64,000 nt of DNA from NCBI GenBank assembly GCA_900617105.1, contig UYFQ01000732.1, positions 62,001-126,000 of the forward strand. Reading direction: 5' to 3'. The notes beneath the pieces are model-generated. The model was not told where the DNA came from. It searched no databases and worked only from the letters and a program-made list of their open reading frames with translations. Both the position numbers and the translations under genes were made by a program. This stretch comes from Hydrurus foetidus (Eukaryota). The stretch's first letter is position 1, and each line of letters starts with the position of its first letter. Shown piece by piece: positions 42,025 through 51,897 of the stretch.

Positions 42025-44964
42025 TCAGTGCAGGATGCCCAGGTTGGATTCCTGGAACAGGGACATGGTGGCATCCGCATTGGTCTGCAGTAGCTTGACG
42101 AAGGCGAGGATTTCGGGGTCCTCGATGAAATCGGCACCGCTTTTGGCAGCGAGGATTTTTTCGGGCATCACCGGTTTGCTGATGCCATAGCCCTGCGCGT
42201 AATCAATGCCCGCGTCCACCAGAGCCCGAATGGTGGGCAGGTCTTCGGCGAACTCACCCACCGACTTCATGCCCATGCTGCTCACCAGGCCGCCAATGGC
42301 CACGATGATGGCCATGCCCGACTGGCTGCGTGCGGCATCGCGCACCAGCGAGCCATCCAGCTTCAAGGCGTCCACCGACAGCCCCTTGAGGTAGCCGAAC
42401 GAGGAATACCCGGCGCCAAAGTCGTCCAGCCCCACCTTGGCGCCCATGGCGCGCACGCGGTCAATGAAGCGCTGCATGTTGCGCATGTCGGTAATGGCCA
42501 CGGTCTCGGTGATCTCGATACAGATCTTGGACAAGGCCTGCGGGTGCTGCTCAAACAGGGCGAACAGCTCTGCCGTGAACGACTCGTCGTTGAGCGAGCC
42601 GCCAGACAGATTCACACCCACAAAATGGGTCTGCTGCAGCGCCTGGGCATGCTGCTCCAGCCAGTCGATGGCGGTGGTGACCACCCAGCGGTCAATGATG
42701 GCCGTCTTGCCATGGGCCTCGGCCGCTTCGATGATGGTAACGGCCCCCACCACGCTGCCATCGGGCTTGCGTAGGCGCACCAGTACTTCAAAGTTCAGCG
42801 AGTCAAACGGGCGACTCAGCGACAGCTCGGGCTGCATCATAAGGAACAGCCCCTGGGGCGTTTCACCGCGCTCCAGGCAGTTGATGAGGTCCAGCTCGTC
42901 CTGGTGACGCTGGAAGAAATTGTCCCCGGATTCCATCACCACCAGGCGCTGGTTGCTGCGCTTTTTGGCCATGCGGCACAGCGTGTCGGCGGCCGACACA
43001 ATGTCTTTCAGCGACGACAGGGCAAACTGCGCGGTCTCCACCAGGCCGCCCGACACGTCCAGCGAAAAGCTCTGGTTGTCGATCTGGAACGGGGCCGAGC
43101 CTATCAGCATGGCGATGCTGTTGCAGCTGGCCTCGCTATCGGCCATGCTGGCGCGGGAGAACACCACCACAAACTCATCCCCGCCCACACGCGCCAGCAT
43201 GTCTTGACGCTGCAGCACGCTGCCCATGCGCTCGGCCACCTGCATCAGCACGTTGTCCCCGGCGGTGTGGCCGTATAGGTCGTTGATCAGCTTGAAACGG
43301 TCCAGGTCAAAATAGGCCAGCGCGCTGAACTCGTAGCCCACTTTGGCCGTCTCCAGGGCCAGACCGCGCAGGTTCAGGCAGCCGGTCAGCGGGTCGTGGC
43401 TGGCCAAGTACTCCAGGCGCTGGGTAACTTGCACGCGCTCGGTGATGTCCTGCAGCGAACATTCAATCGTGCTGCCGTCCACCGTCGAGGCCTTGATGGC
43501 AAACCAGCTGTTGCCCGTGGCACGGGGCAACAGTGCCTGGGTTTGCAGCTCGATGGATTTACTGCTGCGGGCGCGGTGCAAGGCCACGATCTGCCGCACC
43601 ACATCCGTGTCAAACAGCTGCTGCAAGGCCAGGGGCCCATCCACGGCAATGCGCCGGACCATGGCATGAAAAGCCGGATTGGCCTTCATGATCTGCTCGC
43701 CCACGCCAATGGTGAACAGGCCCACCGGAGAGTCCTGGTAGGCCGCTTCCAGCAGCTTTTGCGCACGCTGGTTTTGCAGGCGGTGTGAGCGCATGTGCTC
43801 GGCCACCGCGGCAGAGGCTAGCAGAGCCGATGCGATGGCCGCCGTCACGCTGTTCAGCCCAGCCAATAGCAGGCGCTGTCCGGTGGCCGCAGCCACCACC
43901 TCGTTCATGCTGGCGACCAGCGTGACGATGATGGACGCGGCATACCACGCCGCCACGCGGGAATGCGTGTGGCGCAGGATTTTGGCTAGGTACACGATCA
44001 TCAAGATCACCACCGAAGCGGTAGCCACCCAGAGAATCGGCAAGGTCCTCTCGTACGACAGGAACGGGCAGGCCACGATGATGGCCACGGCACTGAACTG
44101 GTGCAGCCTCAGCAACCAACCGGCCTTGACGTCCTTCAGTTCAGCCCTGAACAGCGCACTGAACAGGCCAATGGTCATGGCGTAGTAAATGCACAAAGTC
44201 CATTGCCGCATGGCCGTAAACCACGACGGTTCAATGGCGTAGCCAAAGATCTCGCCGTCGGTGCCCGCAGACAAGCCTGCCATGCGCATATTGAGCAGCA
44301 GCCAGCCCACGAAGGTCCAGTACAGCGCGCTGCGGTTCACCATCGCGGTGAGCAGCATGAAGATGGCCAGAACGCCAATGCCAGCTTCCAGCATCACGCC
44401 GGTTTTTTGGTGCGACACCTGCGCCACGTCCAAGGCATGCGGCTCCCAAGCGTCCGCAGAAATTTTGGCCGGCCCCCGGTAGGCGGCTCGGCACAGCAGG
44501 CGCCAGGACGCCGCGGACTCGGCCGGCTGCAGCGAGAAACCCGCGCGGCTGCGCTGCATGCCGCCAGACACGGCCATCCGATTGGCATCGCCTAGCGACA
44601 GACCGGTCTCCAGGTTCCAGCAACTCAATGCCGTAGCGTGGCGCGATGGGAAATCGATCTCCCACGGCTGGTCCACAGGGCTTTGCGGCACCTGCACGGC
44701 AAACCAGAAGTTGCTGGTAGAGAGATGGGTTTCTGCGGAGGCCGTGGCGGGCGCGGCTTGCAGATGCTGGCGAACGCTGTCTAGCTCCGCCACATCCACG
44801 GGCCCAGATTCCTCCCACACCTGAACGGGCAGAGGAATGCCTCTTGCCATGTCTGAGTGCCCCAATTGCCACAACAGCGCCATACCGGCCAGCGCCACCA
44901 GCACGGCTGGAAACACCAACGTGGTTAATCGGTCCAGCAGGGTCTCAACGATTTTTCCCGCCAT
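42025..44964 (-). CDS. Membrane sensor diguanylate cyclase/phosphodiesterase (7TM-DISM-like, PAS, GGDEF, EAL)
   Basis: Periplasmic region followed by about 7 TM helices; DLDRFKLIND, RVGGDEF, FEVLVR, DDFGAGYSS. Confidence 0.93.
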   Translation of the reverse strand: MAGKIVETLLDRLTTLVFPAVLVALAGMALLWQLGHSDMARGIPLPVQVWEESGPVDVAELDSVRQHLQAAPATASAETHLSTSNFWFAVQVPQSPVDQPWEIDFPSRHATALSCWNLETGLSLGDANRMAVSGGMQRSRAGFSLQPAESAASWRLLCRAAYRGPAKISADAWEPHALDVAQVSHQKTGVMLEAGIGVLAIFMLLTAMVNRSALYWTFVGWLLLNMRMAGLSAGTDGEIFGYAIEPSWFTAMRQWTLCIYYAMTIGLFSALFRAELKDVKAGWLLRLHQFSAVAIIVACPFLSYERTLPILWVATASVVILMIVYLAKILRHTHSRVAAWYAASIIVTLVASMNEVVAAATGQRLLLAGLNSVTAAIASALLASAAVAEHMRSHRLQNQRAQKLLEAAYQDSPVGLFTIGVGEQIMKANPAFHAMVRRIAVDGPLALQQLFDTDVVRQIVALHRARSSKSIELQTQALLPRATGNSWFAIKASTVDGSTIECSLQDITERVQVTQRLEYLASHDPLTGCLNLRGLALETAKVGYEFSALAYFDLDRFKLINDLYGHTAGDNVLMQVAERMGSVLQRQDMLARVGGDEFVVVFSRASMADSEASCNSIAMLIGSAPFQIDNQSFSLDVSGGLVETAQFALSSLKDIVSAADTLCRMAKKRSNQRLVVMESGDNFFQRHQDELDLINCLERGETPQGLFLMMQPELSLSRPFDSLNFEVLVRLRKPDGSVVGAVTIIEAAEAHGKTAIIDRWVVTTAIDWLEQHAQALQQTHFVGVNLSGGSLNDESFTAELFALFEQHPQALSKICIEITETVAITDMRNMQRFIDRVRAMGAKVGLDDFGAGYSSFGYLKGLSVDALKLDGSLVRDAARSQSGMAIIVAIGGLVSSMGMKSVGEFAEDLPTIRALVDAGIDYAQGYGISKPVMPEKILAAKSGADFIEDPEILAFVKLLQTNADATMSLFQESNLGILH

Positions 44965-45071
44965 GTTTTTTTCTATTCTCAGTGTGCCTGACCAGGGGAC
45001 AGACCACGAAATGGTTTTATGGAAGTAACGTGCAGTTGCACGTCTCTTCTACTATGCCATGAGAACAGTGC

Positions 45072-45716
45072 TCAAGCCGCGCTCTTGAAGCGCGACTTGA
45101 TCGCGCCCGCACAGATGATGACGCCAGGAATCAGGATCATGGCCCAGATGATTTTGTCCAGATGGGCCTTGACCCAAGGGAAATTGCCAAAGAAGTAACC
45201 GATGGTGACAATGCCGACCACCCACAGCACGCCGCCCACCACGTCAAACAAAGTGAACTTGGAGCGTGTCATCTGCGCCACACCGGCCACAAACGGCGCG
45301 AAGGTGCGCAGGAACGGCATGAAGCGCGCGGCAACGATGGTCATGCCGCCGTACTTTTCATAAAACGCATGGGCCTGGTTGAAGGCCTGCTTGTTGAAGA
45401 AGCGCGAGTCCTCCCACTGGAACACTTTGGGGCCGATGAAACGTCCAATGGCGTAGTTGCTCTGGTTGCCCAGAATCGCCGCCGCCAAGAGCAGGCCCAC
45501 CGACATGGTGTAGTCCATCAGGCCCACGCCACACATGGCGCCCACCACAAACAATAGGGAGTCGCCCGGCAAAAACGGCATGATCACCACACCGGTTTCC
45601 ACAAAGATGATGGCGAACAACAGCGCGTAGACCCACAGGCCATAGCTCTGTATGAATATCTCTAGGTATTTGTCTACATGCAGGACGAAGTCGAGAAGCG
45701 AGGCGATGAGTTCCAT
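45072..45716 (-). CDS. dedA: DedA/VTT-family membrane protein
   Basis: FVETG..PFLPGDSLLF, ARFMPFLRT. Confidence 0.93.
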   Translation of the reverse strand: MELIASLLDFVLHVDKYLEIFIQSYGLWVYALLFAIIFVETGVVIMPFLPGDSLLFVVGAMCGVGLMDYTMSVGLLLAAAILGNQSNYAIGRFIGPKVFQWEDSRFFNKQAFNQAHAFYEKYGGMTIVAARFMPFLRTFAPFVAGVAQMTRSKFTLFDVVGGVLWVVGIVTIGYFFGNFPWVKAHLDKIIWAMILIPGVIICAGAIKSRFKSAA

Positions 45717-45786
45717 GGGTGTGGATTATCCCTGCCCACAACGGCACCGCCGTGACACCCCAGCAACCGTGGGGCTTCCCGCGGCT

Positions 45787-46242
45787 TCAGGCGAAGACGT
45801 TGAGCTTGGCGACCGCTTGTTTGAAGCTGCCAAAACTGCCGAATCGGCTTGCGGGGAGTGCTGCGCCGCCGCCTACGGAGGTCGACGGGGTCCCCATGCC
45901 GGCCTTGTTAACGTCAAAGTCGCGCAGGGTGTTGACGGCCGCGGCCACGAACTGTTCGGCGGGCGTTTGGTCCACCGCCGCGCTGGCACGGCCGGCGAAC
46001 ACACCGTCGCGCGTGTAGAGGCCACTGGCCGCCGCCTTTTGGTCGCTGCCCAGCTCCAGCGTCACCCCTGCAGGGGCTGCCGGGGTTTCGGGTGGCGTGC
46101 TGGGCTCCACTGCGGCCACGGCCTTGCGCGTTGGCGCGGTGCCCGCATCAGACGGCAGCAGCGCGTCAGACGACGCTGGCGCAGCGCCAAGTGTGCCAGG
46201 CGTGGCGGGTGGAAAGATGAGGTTCAGGCGGGTGATTTGCAT
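45787..46242 (-). CDS. Hypothetical low-complexity protein
   Basis: ORF from ATG 46242 with an A/P-rich N-terminal half and a GLYTRDG segment. Confidence 0.6.
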   Translation of the reverse strand: MQITRLNLIFPPATPGTLGAAPASSDALLPSDAGTAPTRKAVAAVEPSTPPETPAAPAGVTLELGSDQKAAASGLYTRDGVFAGRASAAVDQTPAEQFVAAAVNTLRDFDVNKAGMGTPSTSVGGGAALPASRFGSFGSFKQAVAKLNVFA

Positions 46243-46332
46243 GGCGAGCCCCTGGAGGGATGTGCGTCCACACAGTGTCGCCATGGCTGCGACCGCTCAG
46301 CCGCAAAATAAAGCCCGAAAAGCGCCGTTTTT

Positions 46333-47145
46333 CTATGCCTTGGCTACGGATGTCACCTGGGCAAAGCGCTGCAGGTACAGCGGATTTTCGGTTTTGAAGA
46401 CACGGTCCCACCAGGTAAACCACAGGCCGTAGTTGCCCTGCGCGGTCTCGTGGTGCAGGTGGTGGTGGGTGGTGGTGGTGAACCGCCCGCCCAGCCAGTG
46501 GGTGGCGAAGCCGCGTGGCATGATTTCTACAGCGGCATGGCCATGGGCGTTGCGCGTGATCTGGTGCACCGCAAAGGCCAGCAACACACCCACATGCAAA
46601 GGCACGACCAACAAGGCCAGCGGCGTGACCAGCGCGTTCACCAGCGCTTCCAGCGGATGGAAGGCGTAGGCCGCCCAGGGCGAGGGATTGCGCGAGCGGT
46701 GGTGCAAGCCATGGACATGGCGAAACAGCCAGCGCGTGTGCAGCAGCCGGTGCGTCACATAAAAGTAGAAGTCGTGCCACAGCAGCATGGCCGGAAAGCT
46801 CAGCACCAGCCACAGCAGACCGTATTCGGTCGGGCGAAAGTACACCGTCACCTTGCCGCGCAACACGGCAGCGGTGATGGCCATAGCCAGGGCAGAAAAA
46901 ATTAGCAGGGTGGAGACGGAATAGCGCATCTCGCGCCGAATGTCCTGTTGCGCGGGCCATTGGGCAATCAGCCGGTGCGCCAGGCGCTTGCGCAACACCA
47001 CGTGCAGCAGCAGCCACATGCCCAGCACCGCGGTCAGGTAAAACGCGCCTTCGTGGATGACGGCCTGGCCGTACACATGGGCCAGCCAGGCCAGGGCCTC
47101 GGGGTTCTGCCAATTGCTGAGATCAGGAAGCTGCCAAAACTGCAT
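46333..47145 (-). CDS. Sterol desaturase / fatty acid hydroxylase family protein
   Basis: His boxes HRLLH, HGLHH, HHHLHH. Confidence 0.92.
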   Translation of the reverse strand: MQFWQLPDLSNWQNPEALAWLAHVYGQAVIHEGAFYLTAVLGMWLLLHVVLRKRLAHRLIAQWPAQQDIRREMRYSVSTLLIFSALAMAITAAVLRGKVTVYFRPTEYGLLWLVLSFPAMLLWHDFYFYVTHRLLHTRWLFRHVHGLHHRSRNPSPWAAYAFHPLEALVNALVTPLALLVVPLHVGVLLAFAVHQITRNAHGHAAVEIMPRGFATHWLGGRFTTTTHHHLHHETAQGNYGLWFTWWDRVFKTENPLYLQRFAQVTSVAKA

Positions 47146-47217
47146 GCCACGCCCTTGAGGTCACCACAACACTGTGGCCGCCGCATGCTACCCCACTTCG
47201 CCCCATAAAATGGGCCG

Positions 47218-49239
47218 GTGAACGCCTCGTTACCTTCCTCCATCGCCGCGGCCGAGCGCCGCCCCATCCGCGAACTACCCGACGAACTCATCAGCCAGAT
47301 TGCGGCCGGTGAAGTGGTCGAGCGCCCGGCCAGCGTGGTGCGCGAACTGGTGGACAACGCGCTGGACGCCGGTGCCACGCAAGTGACGCTGCGGCTGCTG
47401 GCCGGTGGCGTGCGCCTGATCAGCGTGGAAGACGACGGCCAGGGCATCTTGCGCGACGAGCTGCCCATCGCCTTCAAGCGCCACGCCACCAGCAAGATCG
47501 GCAGCCTGCACGACCTGGAGAGCGTAGCCACCATGGGCTTTCGCGGCGAGGCACTGGCCGCTATCAATTCAATAGCTGATTGCGCAATACTGTCGCGGGC
47601 TAGCGGTCTGAATGATGCTTATCTGCTGGACGGCCGCACCGGCGAACTCAAACCCGTGGCACGCAGCCAGGGCACCACGGTCGAGGTGAAAGAGCTGTTC
47701 TACAGCACGCCGGCGCGCCGCAAGTTCCTGAAGACCGATGCCACCGAGCTGGCCCACTGCATCGAGGCCGTGCGCCGCCACGCGCTGGCGCGCCCCGACG
47801 TGGGCTTTGCCATCTGGCACGAAGGCAAGCTGGTGGAGCAGTGGCGCAAATGTGTGGTGGATGGCGACCACCCCGACCCGCTGGCCGCGCTGGACCAGCG
47901 CCTGAGCGATGTGCTGGGCCCCGAGTTTCTGGCCCAAAGCGTGCGCGTGGACTGGCACAGCAAACAGGCAAATGAGTACGGTCAGCCCGCGCTGCGCCCG
48001 GAGGGTCCACAGCCCCTTCGGATCTGGGGCCGCGCCGGTGTACCGGATGCCGCCCGCTCGCGCGCCGACCAACAGTTTTGCTACGTGAACGGCCGCTTTG
48101 TGCGCGACAAGGTGCTCACCCACGCCGCGCGCAGCGCCTACGAAGACGTGCTGCACGGCCACCGCCAGCCGGTCTACGCGCTCTACGTGGCCATGGACCC
48201 GACGCGCGTGGACGTGAACGTGCACCCCACCAAGATTGAAGTGCGTTTTCGCGACAGCCGCGAAGTGCACCAGGCTGTGCGCCATGCGGTCGAAGACACA
48301 TTGGCGGCCCCGCGCGCCGCCGCTGCGGCAGGCGCCGCAGATGGTCAGACCCAAGCGCCCTCCTTGCTGGCCCAGCCCGGCACTTATATACAAAAAGCAC
48401 CTGTAGCCCCCATGTACAGTGCGCAGCCCGCTATCAAATTTGAAGCGAGCACGGGCCTGATCGGCCACCGCGTCAGCGATGTTGGCGCCTTATGGCAGCG
48501 CAACCCCACCGCCCAAGAAGGCTGGGCGGCACAGGGCTTTGCGCAGGTCAAGGAGGAGCCCGCAAAGCGGGCGGGGGACACGGAGCAAAGCGCTGTGCCG
48601 TCCAGCCGCCCAGCGAGCGAAGAAGAAGAAGAAGCCTGGCCCCTGGGCCGCGCCATAGCCCAGCTGCAAGGCGTCTACATCCTGGCCGAGAACACCCAGG
48701 GCCTGGTCATCGTGGACATGCACGCCGCCCATGAACGCATCGTCTATGAGCGGCTGAAGAACCAACTGGCACTCACCGCACCTGATGGCTCGGTGCATCC
48801 ACTGTCCAGCCAGCCCCTGTTGATCCCCGCCACCTTTGCCGCCACGCCTGACGAAGTGGCCACGGCCGAGGCGCACGTGGCCACGCTCAACACGCTGGGC
48901 TTGGAAATCAGCCCCTTCTCGCCCAAAACCCTGGCCGTGCGCGCCGTGCCCACCACGCTGGCCCAGGGCGATGCAGTCGAGCTGGCCCGCAGCGTACTGG
49001 CCGAGTTGGCCCAGCACGACGCCAGCACCGTGATCCAGCGCGCACAAAACGAAATTCTGGGCACCATGGCCTGCCACGGTGCGGTGCGCGCCAACCGCAA
49101 GCTGACCATTGAAGAGATGAACGCTCTGCTGCGCGACATGGAAGCCACCGAGCGCAGCGACCAGTGCAACCACGGTCGCCCCACTTGGCGCCAGCTCAGT
49201 ATCCGCGAGCTGGACACGCTGTTTTTGCGAGGTCGTTAA
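47218..49239 (+). CDS. mutL: DNA mismatch repair protein MutL
   Basis: IAAGEVVERP, GFRGEAL, DVNVHPTK, DMHAAHERIVYE, CNHGRP. Confidence 0.97.
   Translation: MNASLPSSIAAAERRPIRELPDELISQIAAGEVVERPASVVRELVDNALDAGATQVTLRLLAGGVRLISVEDDGQGILRDELPIAFKRHATSKIGSLHDLESVATMGFRGEALAAINSIADCAILSRASGLNDAYLLDGRTGELKPVARSQGTTVEVKELFYSTPARRKFLKTDATELAHCIEAVRRHALARPDVGFAIWHEGKLVEQWRKCVVDGDHPDPLAALDQRLSDVLGPEFLAQSVRVDWHSKQANEYGQPALRPEGPQPLRIWGRAGVPDAARSRADQQFCYVNGRFVRDKVLTHAARSAYEDVLHGHRQPVYALYVAMDPTRVDVNVHPTKIEVRFRDSREVHQAVRHAVEDTLAAPRAAAAAGAADGQTQAPSLLAQPGTYIQKAPVAPMYSAQPAIKFEASTGLIGHRVSDVGALWQRNPTAQEGWAAQGFAQVKEEPAKRAGDTEQSAVPSSRPASEEEEEAWPLGRAIAQLQGVYILAENTQGLVIVDMHAAHERIVYERLKNQLALTAPDGSVHPLSSQPLLIPATFAATPDEVATAEAHVATLNTLGLEISPFSPKTLAVRAVPTTLAQGDAVELARSVLAELAQHDASTVIQRAQNEILGTMACHGAVRANRKLTIEEMNALLRDMEATERSDQCNHGRPTWRQLSIRELDTLFLRGR
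47560..47621 (+). repeat. Fixed-spacing repeat, copy 7 (MutL ATPase domain)
   Basis: GCTA-TCAATTCAA-TAGC-TGATT-GCGCA-N13-CTAG. Confidence 0.85.
48384..48446 (-). repeat. Fixed-spacing repeat, copy 8 (MutL linker)
   Basis: Reverse complement GCTT-CAAATTTGA-TAGC-GGGCT-GCGCA-N13-CTAC. Confidence 0.75.
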
Positions 49240-49277
49240 ACAAGTCCACAATGGGCCGAACAACCGGAGGCCCTTCC

Positions 49278-49769
49278 ATGACTTTGCGCGCTGCTGTTTT
49301 ACTGGCTGTCTTTGCCTGCCTGTTTGCCTTTATCGGGCTGAACTGGGCTGAGTTTTCTGCCACGTCCACCCTGTCCTTCGGATTCGCTGTCATGCAAATG
49401 CCCGTGGGTTTTGTCATGCTGGGCGCATTGCTGGTGGTGGCCGCCTTGTTCTCCACCTACGTGATGTACCTGCAGGCCACCTGGGCCCTGCAGCAGCGCC
49501 GTGTGTTTAGCGAGCTGGAGTCGCAGCGCAAGCTCGCGGACCAGGCTGAAGCCTCCCGCACGGCCGAATTGCTGGTCCGCGTCAACACGACGTTCGATCT
49601 GTTGACCCAATCGCTGGCATCGACCACCGCCACCCTGGAGCAGAAGATCGCCAGCGCGACTGAAACCAACCAACGGGCCTTGTCGGAAGCGACCCACTCG
49701 CTCAGTGCACACCTGGGCGAGATGGAAGACAAACTGGACAAAGCCATTGCCCCTTCTGCCCCCCACTGA
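49278..49769 (+). CDS. LapA/DUF1049-like membrane protein with a coiled-coil tail
   Basis: FIGLNW..LSFGF..MPVGFVML, two TM segments; GGAGG RBS. Confidence 0.7.
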   Translation: MTLRAAVLLAVFACLFAFIGLNWAEFSATSTLSFGFAVMQMPVGFVMLGALLVVAALFSTYVMYLQATWALQQRRVFSELESQRKLADQAEASRTAELLVRVNTTFDLLTQSLASTTATLEQKIASATETNQRALSEATHSLSAHLGEMEDKLDKAIAPSAPH

Positions 49770-49828
49770 CGATTGGTATACAAGCCTACTCTGGGTCGGG
49801 CTTTCATTGGCTTGCGTATAGTGAAGCC

Positions 49829-50632
49829 ATGCCCTTTCAATCACCGGCATTACTCATAGGCGTTTCGGCGCGCATCTATTACCCGTCCGGCCCGGTGCTG
49901 GACCTGGGCGGTGTGTGGACCAAAACACTGCACTTCCTGGAGCAGTCCGTGGCCCAGTGGCTCATGCGCGGCGGCGCGCTGCCGGTGATGGTTCCTGCGG
50001 TGGATGCGCAAAGCGTGGTGCAGACCGAAGAACTGAACCTGAGCCACTACGCGCAAGCACTGGACGGGCTGGTTCTGCAAGGCGGAAACGACGTCGCTCC
50101 GGCTTCTTATGGCGAAGTACCGATAGCCCCCCAATGGGCCGGCGACCCAGTGCGTGACGCATACGAAAAGAGCCTGATTCAGGCCTTTGTCAAAGCCGGC
50201 AAGCCCGTGTTTGGTATTTGCCGCGGCCTGCAAATGCTCAATGTGGCATTTGGCGGAACCCTGTGGCAGGACATTGAAACGCAGATGCCGCAGGCGTTGC
50301 CGCATGTCCGCTCCGAGATGTACGAACGCAATGTGCACGCACTCGAAATTGTGCCGGGTACGCACATGGCTGCGCTGTATCCCGGTCTGAAACGCGGGAT
50401 GATCAACAGCATCCATCACCAATCCATCAAGGACTTGGCGGCGGACTTTGTGGTCGAGGCGCGCTGCCCGGATGACGGCGTGATCGAAGCCATTCGCCAG
50501 CGCGGGCCAGGCTTTGTTGCCGGAGTGCAATGGCACCCGGAGTTTCGCCAGAAAAACTGCCAGGTTATCTTTGATGACAACCCGCTGCTGCACGACTTTC
50601 TCGCGTTCGCACGGGCTCGCAGAAACGATTAA
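49829..50632 (+). CDS. Gamma-glutamyl hydrolase (peptidase C26, PuuD-like)
   Basis: LQGGNDV, GICRGLQ, NSIHHQ, QWHPE. Confidence 0.9.
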   Translation: MPFQSPALLIGVSARIYYPSGPVLDLGGVWTKTLHFLEQSVAQWLMRGGALPVMVPAVDAQSVVQTEELNLSHYAQALDGLVLQGGNDVAPASYGEVPIAPQWAGDPVRDAYEKSLIQAFVKAGKPVFGICRGLQMLNVAFGGTLWQDIETQMPQALPHVRSEMYERNVHALEIVPGTHMAALYPGLKRGMINSIHHQSIKDLAADFVVEARCPDDGVIEAIRQRGPGFVAGVQWHPEFRQKNCQVIFDDNPLLHDFLAFARARRND

Positions 50633-50657
50633 CTAGTCTACAAAAAGAGGAGAACCC

Positions 50658-51809
50658 ATGGAATTCAAAAAATCACAAGCACTCACCTTCGGGATGGAAC
50701 TTGAGCTGCAAATTGTCAGCGCCGCCACAGGCACGCTGTCCCCCTCCAGCCTGGAGTTCTGGGAGATCGTCAAGCAGCGCACGGATGCGGAACGTTTCTC
50801 TCTGGAGGCCACCCTCTCCACCATGGAACTCAATACCTCGGTGCATACGGATGCCGACGAGATGGCTGCTGAAGCCGTGGCCTTGACGCAAGTGCTGTGC
50901 GATGTGGCCGCGCCCATGAATCTGATGATCCGGGGTGGCGGAACGCAACTGACGCAGTTCTGGAACGAGCGCGTACTCGCGCCCACCGACCGTGCGGCCG
51001 AGTTGAGCCGCCGCTTTGGCTATTTGCCCAAACGCTTTTCTACCTACGGCATGCACGTCCATATCGGCGCCGCCAGTGCCGATGACGCCATCCACATGGG
51101 CAATGGCTTGCAGGCCCTGGTGCCCCTGTTCATCGCCATGTCTGCCGCATCGCCCTATCTGCAGCTGGAGGACACCGGCTTCTGCGCCTCGCGGCCTTTG
51201 GAGCCCCTGATCTACCCCCATGGCGGCCCCATGCCGAGACTGAAGAACTGGGCAGAGTTTGAGCGCCTTGCCCAAGATATTTTTTCCACCCCACTGGCCA
51301 CCTCTCTTAAGGACGTGTACTGGGATGTCCGCCCCAAGCCAGAGTTCGGCACCATCGAAGTGCGCGTGTTTGACACGCCGCTGTCCGTCGCCAAGGCGGT
51401 GGGGCTGGCGGCATTCACCCGCGGCTGCGCTGCCTTGATCCTCCAAGGCAAACTGGCACTACCGACCACACCATCGCCACCGACAGCCGAACGCGTGAGC
51501 CGTTTTTTCGCCTGCCGCGACGGGCTGGACGCGGAATTGTTCGATCCCTTCACCCAGCAATGGAAGCCCGCACGCGACTGGTGTGCCAGCCTGATCCAGA
51601 GCATTGAACAGTCGCCCGTGTGCGAGGCCGATATCGAACACATCCGCCGCCTGCACGCCCACATCGGCAACGAACAGGACGCCACCCTCATGCGCAATAC
51701 CTGGGAAGAGACTTTGAATGTGGACCACCAGGTCCAGTCCAAAGACGATGGCTTGGTGAACAACTCCAAAGCATTGAGCCAGCATTTGCTGGCCCCCATG
51801 CGGGGCTAG
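50658..51809 (+). CDS. YbdK/GCS2-family carboxylate-amine ligase
   Basis: TFGMELELQ, GMHVHIG, SAASPY, YWDVRPKPEFGTIEVR. Confidence 0.9.
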   Translation: MEFKKSQALTFGMELELQIVSAATGTLSPSSLEFWEIVKQRTDAERFSLEATLSTMELNTSVHTDADEMAAEAVALTQVLCDVAAPMNLMIRGGGTQLTQFWNERVLAPTDRAAELSRRFGYLPKRFSTYGMHVHIGAASADDAIHMGNGLQALVPLFIAMSAASPYLQLEDTGFCASRPLEPLIYPHGGPMPRLKNWAEFERLAQDIFSTPLATSLKDVYWDVRPKPEFGTIEVRVFDTPLSVAKAVGLAAFTRGCAALILQGKLALPTTPSPPTAERVSRFFACRDGLDAELFDPFTQQWKPARDWCASLIQSIEQSPVCEADIEHIRRLHAHIGNEQDATLMRNTWEETLNVDHQVQSKDDGLVNNSKALSQHLLAPMRG

Positions 51810-51897
51810 AGGCCATGGGCGCGGCGCCTCACCGCCGCGCAACACCTTATGCACCAGGCCTGCGCCTGGATACTGCGCCGGCGTGTGAAAGGCCCGC

